NCBI GenBank assembly: GCA_038231275.1
Contig: JBBRLQ010000019.1
Coordinates: 32,001 to 96,000 of the forward strand
Length of the DNA: 64,000 bases
Direction: 5' to 3'
Source: Polyangiales bacterium
Lineage (GTDB): Bacteria; Myxococcota_A; Polyangia; Polyangiales; Polyangiaceae
This document shows positions 49,954 through 58,215 of this stretch, in pieces (position 1 is the first letter of the stretch; each line of letters starts with the position of its first letter). Under the pieces are notes generated by a model, which had not been told where the DNA came from, ran no database searches, and was given only the letters and a program-made list of their open reading frames with translations. The position numbers were made by a program, and so were the translations under genes.

Positions 49954-52248
49954 ATGAGCGAGCCGCGCGACATCGCCGCCCAGATCAAGTCGGTCGCAGA
50001 GAGCGTCGAGCGACGTTTCCAGCGCGGCCGTCGGGTCCTCTCGTTCGCGGAGTACCTCGATCTCTTCGCCGCCGATCCGATCCGCTACGCGCGCGACTCG
50101 AGCCGCTACGTGCGCGACTGCTTCGATCACTTCGGCACCACGCAGGTGGAGCACCCGTGGGGCGAGTTCACGCGCTTCAACTTGTTCGACCTGCCGTGGG
50201 AGCCGAAGCCGCGGCAGCCCGGCGCCGTGCAAGCAGGGATCGGCGTGCTCCCGAAGGGCGCGCTCATCGGCCAGGAGCACGTGCAGGACGAGCTCTATCG
50301 CGCGCTCTCCAATTTCGCGCGCGAAGGGCGGCCGAACCGCCTCGTCCTCTTGCACGGCCCCAACGGCTCCGCGAAGAGCACCATCGTCGGCTGCATCATG
50401 CGCGCGCTCGAGCAGTACTCGACGACCGACGAGGGCGTGCTCTACCGCTTCAACTGGGTCTTCCCGACGACCAAGACCGTGCGCGGCTCCCTCGGCTTCG
50501 GCAACCGCGACGACGGCGCCGGGAAGAACGTCCCGAGCTACGCGCACCTCGCCGACGACGAAATCGACGCCAAGCTCCTCGTCGAGGTCCGTGATCATCC
50601 GCTCTTCCTGATCCCTGTCGAGGAGCGACGCGCGATGCTCGAGCGTCTCTTCAAAGAGAAGGACGGCAAGAGCGAGCCGCCGAGCGACTGGATCCTGCGC
50701 GGGCAGCTGTCCCACAAGAGCCAGCAGGTCTTCGAGGCGCTCCTCTCCAGCTACGACGGTTCGTACGCAGAGGTCTTGAAGCACGTCCAGGTCGAGCGCT
50801 ACTTCATCTCGCAGCGCTACCGCGTCGGCGCGGTGACGATCGGGCCGCAGATGAGCGTGGACGCGGCGGAGCGGCAAATCACGGCCGATCGTAGCCTCGC
50901 GTCGCTCCCGGCCTCGCTCCAGGCCATCACGCTCTACGAGGCGAAGGGGGAGCTGGTCGAGGCGGCCGGCGGCATCCTCGAGTTCAGCGATCTGCTGAAG
51001 CGCCCGCTCGACGCGTTCAAGTACTTGCAGCTCACGGTGGAGACCGGTGAGGTCAACCTCACGATGCAGAACGTGCAACTGAACTGCGTCATGATGGGCA
51101 GCGCGAACGAGCTGCACCTCGACGCGTTCAAGGACCACGCCGAGTTCGCGAGCTTCCGCGGTCGCCTCGATCTCATCCGCACGCCGTACCTGCGCAGCTA
51201 CGTGCAGGAGCAGGCCATCTACGACTCGCACGTCGCGCCGCAGGTGCGCCGTCACGTCGCGCCGCACGCCACCAAGATGGCCGCCATGTTCGCGGTGCTC
51301 ACGCGCATGCGGAAGCCCAACGCCGAGAAGCACACGCGCTCGCTCGGCGCGGCGGTGAGCGGCCTCACGGCGCTCGAGAAGATGGACCTCTACGCGCTGG
51401 GGCAAGCCCCCGAGCGCCTGGAGGCGGACGCGCAGAAGCTCCTGCACGCGAACGTCGATCAGGTCTACACCGAGAGCGACTCGTATCCGATTTACGAGGG
51501 GCGCGTCGGCGCGAGCCCGCGCGAGATGCGCGTCGTCCTCCTCGACGCGGCGCAGTCGACGGCGTTCAAGTGCCTGAACCCCCTCGCGGTGCTCGACGAG
51601 ATCGACGTCCTCTGCCAGCAGCGCGGCGACTTCGAGTGGCTCCAGCAGGATCCGATCGCGGGAGGCTTCCACGACGTGAAGCAGTTCCGTGAGGCGCTCG
51701 GCGGGCGGTTGGCGATCGCGTGGGAAACGGAGCTCTACGCGTCGACGGGCCTCATCGAGGACGATCGCTACGCCGAGCTCTTCGACCGGTACGTGCAGCA
51801 CGTGAGCGTGTGGGTGAAGAAGGAGCGCATCCGCAACAAGCTCACGGGCGACTACGAGGAGCCGGACGAGAAGATGATGCGCGAGGTCGAGCGCCTCCTC
51901 GACGCGAAGACGGAGACGTCCGAGTGGCGCAAGGCGCTGATCAGCAGCATCGCCGCGTGGTCGCTCGATCACTCCGGCGAGAGGATCGACGCCGCCGTCG
52001 TCTTCCCGCAGTACATGCGCCGCATGCGCGAGGCCATCTTCGCGGACAAGCGCGGCGACGTCGCCAAGATCGCCAAGGACATCGTCATCCTCGTGCGTGA
52101 GGAGGGGAGCGGCCTCGATCACGATCGCAAGAAGGAAGCCGAGGAGACGATCGAGCGCATGATCGCGGGCTTCGGCTACTGCGTGAACTGCGCCGCCGAC
52201 GCCGCGAGCGAGCTCCTGCGTAAGCGGTTCGCCGATCTCAACGTCTGA
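49954..52248 (+). CDS. prkA: PrkA/YeaG-family AAA+ serine kinase
   Basis: LHGPNGSAKST Walker A variant, GILEFSDLLK, PYLRSY..E..IY, HVAPH, GASPRE, EPDEKMMR.VE, GYC..CA. Confidence 0.9.
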   Translation: MSEPRDIAAQIKSVAESVERRFQRGRRVLSFAEYLDLFAADPIRYARDSSRYVRDCFDHFGTTQVEHPWGEFTRFNLFDLPWEPKPRQPGAVQAGIGVLPKGALIGQEHVQDELYRALSNFAREGRPNRLVLLHGPNGSAKSTIVGCIMRALEQYSTTDEGVLYRFNWVFPTTKTVRGSLGFGNRDDGAGKNVPSYAHLADDEIDAKLLVEVRDHPLFLIPVEERRAMLERLFKEKDGKSEPPSDWILRGQLSHKSQQVFEALLSSYDGSYAEVLKHVQVERYFISQRYRVGAVTIGPQMSVDAAERQITADRSLASLPASLQAITLYEAKGELVEAAGGILEFSDLLKRPLDAFKYLQLTVETGEVNLTMQNVQLNCVMMGSANELHLDAFKDHAEFASFRGRLDLIRTPYLRSYVQEQAIYDSHVAPQVRRHVAPHATKMAAMFAVLTRMRKPNAEKHTRSLGAAVSGLTALEKMDLYALGQAPERLEADAQKLLHANVDQVYTESDSYPIYEGRVGASPREMRVVLLDAAQSTAFKCLNPLAVLDEIDVLCQQRGDFEWLQQDPIAGGFHDVKQFREALGGRLAIAWETELYASTGLIEDDRYAELFDRYVQHVSVWVKKERIRNKLTGDYEEPDEKMMREVERLLDAKTETSEWRKALISSIAAWSLDHSGERIDAAVVFPQYMRRMREAIFADKRGDVAKIAKDIVILVREEGSGLDHDRKKEAEETIERMIAGFGYCVNCAADAASELLRKRFADLNV

Positions 52249-52252
52249 TCGA

Positions 52253-53632
52253 TTGAACCAGACCGGCGCGCGAACGCTCGCGGGGGAGGTGCGGGCGCTG
52301 GCGCTGCCTGCCATCGGGCACTCGTTCCTGCAGACGCTGGTCGTGGTCGTCGATCGCGCGATGCTCGGGCATCACGCGGCCACGTCGCTGGCGGCGATGC
52401 AGATCGCGGCGGCGCTGGAGTGGTCCATCTGGAGCGTCTTCGGCGCGTTCGAGATCGGGACGCTGGCGCGGGTGGGCTTCCACGTCGGCGCGCGTCGCCC
52501 CGAGCGCGCGCGGCATGCGGTTCGCATTTCACTCGCCGTCTCCGTCGTAAGCGGCCTCGTCGTCGCGCTCGGCTCGCCGGTCGTGATCTCCCTCCTGGCA
52601 CCGGCGGCCCCGGGTGCATCGGCGGTGGCTGTGGACGCGGCCGCCGATTATTTGCGGTGGACACTCGGCGCGACGCCGATCGTCTTCGTCGGAATGACGC
52701 TGATCGCGACGCTCCAGGCCGGCGGCGACACGCGCACTCCCCTCGCGATCGGCGTCGTCGCCAACGTCGCGCACGTGGCGATGAACCGCGTCCTCATCCT
52801 CGGGGCGTGGGGAATTCCTGCGATGGGGACGCGCGGCGCGGGGATCAGCACAGCGATGACCTTCACGCTCGAAGCCATCCTGGCGACGATCGCCCTCGCG
52901 TCGCCCTCGCGTCCAGGTTCGTTCCGCGCGCCCGCCGGTGCGCACCCCGGCTTGCCCGCGGCGTGGCGCGCCGAAGCGCGACGTCTCTTCTCGACCAGCG
53001 CGCCGGCGGTGCTCGAGAAGATCCTCTACCATGTGGGGTACGTGAGCTTCGTCGCCGTGGTGTGGCGGCTCGGCGATCTCGCGATGGCCGCGAACCAGGC
53101 GGTGCAGAGCGTCGAGGCGATTTGTTACCTCTCGGCCGACGGGTTCGCGATCGCCGCTGCATCGCTCGTCGCGCAAAAGCTCGGCGCGGGCCGTCCGCGC
53201 GAGGCTACGCTCGTCGCGCGCGTCGCTGCAAAGTATGCGATCGTGCTGCTCACGTCGGCCGGCGTCGCCGCGCTGGCATTCCGTTCGTGGATCTTGCCCC
53301 TCTTCTCCGGCGATCCCCGGGTCGCGGCCGCCGGCTCGGTGATCATTCCTTGGCTGCTCGTCGCGCAGCCCTTCATGGCGGCGTCGATCGTCCTCTCGCA
53401 GGCGCTGCGCGGCGCGGGGCAGACGCGCGCGGTCCTCGGGGTGAGCGCGATCGGCGCGCTCGTGGTCCGCGTCGCCGCGACGTGGCTCTTCGCGATCACG
53501 ATGGGCTTCGGCCTCGCGGGCGTGTGGATGGGCTCGACGCTCGATTGGGCGGTGCGCACGATCCTCCTCGTCGGGATCGGGCGCGCACGAGAAAAGGAGC
53601 TCAGCGCTCGAGCTTCGCGCGCGCCGTCTTGA
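52253..53632 (+). CDS. MATE family efflux transporter
   Basis: VDRAMLG, LQAGGDTRTP, GTRGAG, AMAANQ, LVAQKLGAG, ALRGAG. About 12 TMs. Confidence 0.9.
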   Translation: MNQTGARTLAGEVRALALPAIGHSFLQTLVVVVDRAMLGHHAATSLAAMQIAAALEWSIWSVFGAFEIGTLARVGFHVGARRPERARHAVRISLAVSVVSGLVVALGSPVVISLLAPAAPGASAVAVDAAADYLRWTLGATPIVFVGMTLIATLQAGGDTRTPLAIGVVANVAHVAMNRVLILGAWGIPAMGTRGAGISTAMTFTLEAILATIALASPSRPGSFRAPAGAHPGLPAAWRAEARRLFSTSAPAVLEKILYHVGYVSFVAVVWRLGDLAMAANQAVQSVEAICYLSADGFAIAAASLVAQKLGAGRPREATLVARVAAKYAIVLLTSAGVAALAFRSWILPLFSGDPRVAAAGSVIIPWLLVAQPFMAASIVLSQALRGAGQTRAVLGVSAIGALVVRVAATWLFAITMGFGLAGVWMGSTLDWAVRTILLVGIGRAREKELSARASRAPS

Positions 53633-54062
53633 CGCCAAAGAGCTCGTTGCCGTCGGGGCTCAGGATGGGTCCGAGGACGACGCTCGCGAGGACGGCGGCG
53701 AACAGGAGCGCGGCGCGATCGTCGGTCCGCGCGACCTCGACCAGCCAGACGGTGCCGCAGCGCGCGGCGAGAAGGGACATGCCTGTGTATCCTGCACGTG
53801 ATTCTGCGTCGGTGGCGGCGGCGAGATCGTCGTCCGACCGTGCGCGACCGAAGCACAGCCGAGCGTCGCCGTTTGCAGAGAGGCGCGCGGCGGCCGCGTG
53901 GGCGCCGAGATCGGCGGCGTCGCGCCCTTCGACGCCGCCCACCGCGAGCGTGGTCCCGAAGAAGCGCGCCGCTTGCTGGACGAGCACGTCGACCGCGAGG
54001 GCCGGTCGCGCTTGCTGCGCGAACACGGTAAAGGCGCCGCTTCGAGTGGGTTCCGCGATCAC
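53601..54062 (-). CDS. Hypothetical protein
   Basis: Fills the gap between MATE and tatD. Globular-looking C-terminus (LASVVLGPILSPDGNELFGVKTAR). Start uncertain. Confidence 0.55.
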   Translation of the reverse strand: MIAEPTRSGAFTVFAQQARPALAVDVLVQQAARFFGTTLAVGGVEGRDAADLGAHAAAARLSANGDARLCFGRARSDDDLAAATDAESRAGYTGMSLLAARCGTVWLVEVARTDDRAALLFAAVLASVVLGPILSPDGNELFGVKTARAKLER

Positions 54063-54086
54063 GCGCGGAGGTATACCGTCTTCCCC

Positions 54087-54875
54087 GTGCCGCTCATAGA
54101 CACGCACTGCCATCTCGACCCTCAGTACTTTCCCGCGGGACCGGACGCGGTGCTGGAGCGCGCGCGCGCCGTCGGGGTCGGGGGTTTCGTCGTGGTCGGC
54201 GTCGGCGGTGATCTCGCGCCCGCGCGCGCCGCGGTGGCCCTGGCGTCGCGATTGCCCGAACGGGTCGGCGCGGCGGTCGGCGTGCACCCTCACGACGCGA
54301 CCTCACTCGATGACGCGAGCTACGCCGAGCTCTCGGCGCTGTCGCGCGATCCGCACGTGGTCGCGGTGGGCGAGATCGGCCTCGACTACCACTACGATCA
54401 CTCCCCGCGCGACGTGCAGCGCGCCACGTTCGAGCGCCTCATCGCGCTCGCCCGCGAGGTTCGAAAGCCCATCGTGGTGCACACGCGCGCGGCGCCGGCC
54501 GACACGCTCGACGTCCTGACCGCGTGCGGGGCCCGGGACGTCGGCGGCGTCATCCACTGCTTCAGCGAGGACACCGCGTTCGCGAAGCGCGCGCTCGATC
54601 TTGGGTTCTATCTTTCGTTCTCCGGCATCGTGACCTTCAAGACCGCCACGAGTGTGCACGAGGTCGCCGCGCACGCGCCGCTCGACCGCATCCTCGTCGA
54701 GACCGACAGCCCTTACCTCGCGCCGGTCCCGCTCCGCGGCAAGCCGTGCGAGCCGTCCTACGTCGTCCACACCGCGAAGCGCGTCGCCGAGCTCCGCGGG
54801 ATCGCCATCGATGAGCTCGCCGCCGCCACGACCGCGAACGCCGAGCGCGCATTTCGCCGGAGTTTCGGCGTCTAG
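54087..54875 (+). CDS. tatD: TatD family hydrolase/DNase
   Basis: IDTHCHL, GVHPH, VGEIGLDY, HTR, GVIHCFS, LVETDSPYL. Confidence 0.95.
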   Translation: MPLIDTHCHLDPQYFPAGPDAVLERARAVGVGGFVVVGVGGDLAPARAAVALASRLPERVGAAVGVHPHDATSLDDASYAELSALSRDPHVVAVGEIGLDYHYDHSPRDVQRATFERLIALAREVRKPIVVHTRAAPADTLDVLTACGARDVGGVIHCFSEDTAFAKRALDLGFYLSFSGIVTFKTATSVHEVAAHAPLDRILVETDSPYLAPVPLRGKPCEPSYVVHTAKRVAELRGIAIDELAAATTANAERAFRRSFGV

Positions 54876-54928
54876 ACCAGGGTACTGGTGCCTAAACAAA
54901 TGGCGACGGTGGACGTCTAACGTCATAC

Positions 54929-56260
54929 TTGAAACCGGTGCCGACCTCGATGCCGCCTCCTCGCGCCCGCGCGCGCATGCCCGCCTGGACGTGGGCGGCG
55001 TCGATGGCCGTTCACGCGGGTCTCGTCGGCGGCATCGGTCTGCTCACCTACTACCACCTGCACGCCTCCGAGCAGGCCCACGTCATCCCCAACGAGCGCG
55101 GCGCGGTCACGACGGCGACGATGGACCTGCCCGGCTTCGCCGACGGAACCCTGCTCGTCGATCGCGAGCCCGATCCGGTCGGCGAGCCGCCCACACCGGC
55201 CGGCGGCGACACGACCCCGCGCGTCGACACGAAGAGCGCAGGGCACGGCGGCGATCCTTCCGCGCGCGTGGCCGCAACGCACCTCGCCGACAAGGACGAG
55301 GGCATGCACCTCTCGCCGGATCTCCTGAGCCGCCTCGATCGCGATCAGAACGCGCGCCTTCGCTCGAGCCAGGAGCGTCGCGCCTGGGAAGATCGACGCG
55401 CGACGACGAACCCGATGGAGCTCACGTTCCTCGCGTCCGGAGACCTGGAGCGAATGGAGCGGAGGACGCCGAGCCCGTTCGACCCGAGTCGCGGCGCGCT
55501 GGCGTCTCCTGCCCCCGCGGTGCAGGGAGGCGACGTCGGCGAGGCCGATCGCGGCGAGGGGGAGACCGAGGAGCGCCGTCGCATCGGCGCCGGACGGCTC
55601 GGCTCCATCGGCAGCGCGCCCGGCGTCGGCGTGAAGGACGGCCGCGCGGGGGACGATCACGCGAATGGCGCGCGCGTCGCGCACGCGCGGCCCGACGTGA
55701 CGACCGGTCCGGTGACTGTGCCCGCGTCGCTGCAGGGGCGCCCGAACGACGACGTCGACAGTGAGCAGGAGGTCGCGACCACGCTCCGCTCGATCGTCCA
55801 CGCGAGCGCGGCGGGCGGCCCGATCGGCGACGGGCGCGGCGGCGTCGGCGGCGGCGGCGATCCCGGCGCGGGCGGCGGACAGGGCGCCGGCTCGCACCCG
55901 AGACCGCTCGGCACCGGCGACGGCGCGTGGTTCGATCTCGACTCGCGCGACCCGCGCCTCCTCCTCTATTTCCGCGACCTCCACAAGAAGATCGATCCGC
56001 TCTGGGCCCACGCGTTCCCGAAGAGCGCGATGCTGGATCTCAAGCAGGGCACGGTGATCCTCGAGTTCACGATCTCCGCGGACGGCGATGTGCACGTCTC
56101 GTGGCCACCCGTACGCCCGAGCGGCATCGACGAGTTCGATCGCAACTGCGCCGATGCACTCCGTCGCGCGAGCCCCGTGCCGCCGATCCCCAAAGAGCTC
56201 GGGCGCACGAGCTTGCGCGTCCGCGCGCCGTTCGTCGCGTCGAACCCGATCGTCAAGTGA
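54929..56260 (+). CDS. TonB/TolA-family energy transducer-like protein
   Basis: N-terminal TM with SxxxH (SMAVH), long disordered linker, C-terminal domain YF..L..KI...W..GTVILEFTI..DG..SG..EFD...A. Confidence 0.8.
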   Translation: MKPVPTSMPPPRARARMPAWTWAASMAVHAGLVGGIGLLTYYHLHASEQAHVIPNERGAVTTATMDLPGFADGTLLVDREPDPVGEPPTPAGGDTTPRVDTKSAGHGGDPSARVAATHLADKDEGMHLSPDLLSRLDRDQNARLRSSQERRAWEDRRATTNPMELTFLASGDLERMERRTPSPFDPSRGALASPAPAVQGGDVGEADRGEGETEERRRIGAGRLGSIGSAPGVGVKDGRAGDDHANGARVAHARPDVTTGPVTVPASLQGRPNDDVDSEQEVATTLRSIVHASAAGGPIGDGRGGVGGGGDPGAGGGQGAGSHPRPLGTGDGAWFDLDSRDPRLLLYFRDLHKKIDPLWAHAFPKSAMLDLKQGTVILEFTISADGDVHVSWPPVRPSGIDEFDRNCADALRRASPVPPIPKELGRTSLRVRAPFVASNPIVK

Positions 56261-56285
56261 CGGCGACGTGACGGTGGACTGATGG

Positions 56286-57176
56286 TCAGCGCGTGAGGGC
56301 GACGGTGCCCTTCGCACCCGTGACCACGAGGGCCTCGCCGTCGAATCGCACCGTGACACGATCGACTCCCCGATCGCTGCGCAGCGAGGCCGCGAAGCCG
56401 GTCGCGCCCGCCTCGTCGATCGTGATCGCCCGCTCGGCGCGCAGGCCCGGTACGTCTACGATGACGCGCGAGCCCGTCACGCTCACGGTCACCTCGGCGG
56501 CCGAGGTCGACGACGCGACGCGCCACCGACCTTGAACGCGCGCGAGCGTCGACGCGGCGGGACCGGGCGCAGGCTCGGCGACGATCTCGGCCGGCGCACC
56601 CTCCAAGAACCGCGCGAGCGCCGCGCTGCCTCCGAGCGCCGCGAGGATCGTGAGGGGCGCGAGCCACCTTGCCGCGAGCGCGCGCCGCAGCCGTGACACG
56701 CGCTGACGAACGACGGGGGAGGGGAGCGAGACGTCGTTGGCGATGTCCGCGAGCAGCTCTCCCGCGTGCTCTCGGACGATCCACCCCAGCGTCTCGCGCG
56801 AACGTGCTTCCTCGTACGCCTCGGCGACGACGCGCACGAGCACCGCGCGCGCCTCGATCGGATCGCAGCGCGTGACGCCCTCCTCGCCGGGCGCCGTCGC
56901 CTCATCGCGCCGCGCACGCCGATGGAAGTCGGCCACTTTGTGGCGCGCGATGCCATACAGCCAGCGCGAGATCTCCGTCGGCTCCACTGGCGTCGTCGTC
57001 GACGCGAGCGCGTCGCAGAGAATGGACTGGACGACGTCCTCCGCGTCGCCCGCCGGGACCCTGCGACGCACCATCGCGGCGAGGCCAATGCGCAGGCGCG
57101 GCTCCGCGAGCTGCCGTCGAAGCGCGAACGAGGCGAAGGGAAGGGGCGACGGTGCGGCGCTCATCGACCAGTCCAT
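56286..57176 (-). CDS. ECF-type sigma factor fused to a TM helix and a C-terminal beta domain
   Basis: Sigma2 DAEDVVQ..WLYGIARHKVADFHR and sigma4 LADIA..VVRQRVSRLRRAL, then a hydrophobic helix. Start 57176 or 57164. Confidence 0.75.
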   Translation of the reverse strand: MDWSMSAAPSPLPFASFALRRQLAEPRLRIGLAAMVRRRVPAGDAEDVVQSILCDALASTTTPVEPTEISRWLYGIARHKVADFHRRARRDEATAPGEEGVTRCDPIEARAVLVRVVAEAYEEARSRETLGWIVREHAGELLADIANDVSLPSPVVRQRVSRLRRALAARWLAPLTILAALGGSAALARFLEGAPAEIVAEPAPGPAASTLARVQGRWRVASSTSAAEVTVSVTGSRVIVDVPGLRAERAITIDEAGATGFAASLRSDRGVDRVTVRFDGEALVVTGAKGTVALTR

Positions 57177-57219
57177 CGTGCGCCGGCGCGGCGTGTGACA
57201 CCAGCCGGCATACGATTTT

Positions 57220-57966
57220 TCACGATCCTCCGCGCGCGTGGTCGTCGAGCCACGCGAAAACCTCCCCCATGTCGTCATCAGGCTCGGTGCCCAGCTCACC
57301 GTGACGCGCACCCGTCAGCGAAAAAAACGCCGCGGGAACCCCTCCCTCGCGGAGGCGTCGCACACCCTCCTTCATGCTCGTCTGGGACTCCCGCGTCCCC
57401 GCCATCAGCGCGGCCGCGTGAACACGCCCGAGCCGGCTCGGTAACGGCGTGACGGGGCTCGCGATGAGCACCACCCGCGTGAACGTCTCGGGATACGCCG
57501 CCGCAAGCCGCTCCGCGCGCTCCGCCCCTTGCGAATAGCCGATGAGCGTGACGCCCCGCGCCTCGATGCCCGCCGCCGCGAACAACGCCTCCACCCACCG
57601 CGCAATCCCGCGCACGTCCCCCGACCATCGCCGAAGCTCTCCGCCGCCGCCGCACGACACGTCCCCCTGAAGCGCAAGCACCTCCCCCCGCACCCCGGCG
57701 GCGTGCTGAAAGGACTGCACATACCCGAGAGGGTGGCTGCACAATCCGGAGAGAAAGAGAAACCTCTGCGCCGTCCCGTGCTCACCACGAAGCACGAACG
57801 CAGGCAGATCTCCGGGAACCGCGATCGGCTCGAAGTGAGGATACGGAATCGGAGTCGGAGTCGGCGTCGGCATCGGAGTCGGCGTCGGCATCGGCATCGG
57901 AGTCGGAGTCGCGTCGCGGCACGCGATGAAGGCGAGGGCGACGAGGACCATTCGCAGCGGGTGCAT
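57220..57966 (-). CDS. Alpha/beta hydrolase lipoprotein
   Basis: Lipobox FIAC, (PT/PM)n linker, nucleophile motif GYSQG, C-terminal His (GARHG). Confidence 0.8.
   Translation of the reverse strand: MHPLRMVLVALAFIACRDATPTPMPMPTPTPMPTPTPTPIPYPHFEPIAVPGDLPAFVLRGEHGTAQRFLFLSGLCSHPLGYVQSFQHAAGVRGEVLALQGDVSCGGGGELRRWSGDVRGIARWVEALFAAAGIEARGVTLIGYSQGAERAERLAAAYPETFTRVVLIASPVTPLPSRLGRVHAAALMAGTRESQTSMKEGVRRLREGGVPAAFFSLTGARHGELGTEPDDDMGEVFAWLDDHARGGS
57845..57910 (-). repeat. Degenerate (CCGACT/CCGATG/CCGACG)n hexamer repeat encoding a P-T/P-M linker
   Basis: ggagtc/ggcgtc/ggcatc units on the + strand. Confidence 0.85.
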
Positions 57967-58042
57967 CCTCCTTCATCGCGCGCCCCCCCCGTCGTGTGAC
58001 ATCCACCGCTGCTCGCTCGAAGGCCCTCCCACGATCCCCAAA

Positions 58043-58184
58043 GCGGCTTGGCGGGCTCGCCGCTCCTTTGCCCCGTAAGGACACCACGCGCCGGCGCATC
58101 CGCTGCACTAGCCACTCACCAGCGTCGCCGGCGCGAGGGCTCACCCCCGCCAGGGGCAAAGGAGCGGCGAGCCCGCCAAGCCGC
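58043..58184. repeat. Perfect 32-bp inverted repeat with 78-bp spacer (REPIN/MITE-like)
   Basis: GCGGCTTGGCGGGCTCGCCGCTCCTTTGCCCC (58043-58074) is the exact reverse complement of 58153-58184. Confidence 0.92.
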
Positions 58185-58215
58185 GTGCGCCCCCCCCGGA
58201 GGACCAACCTACGAA

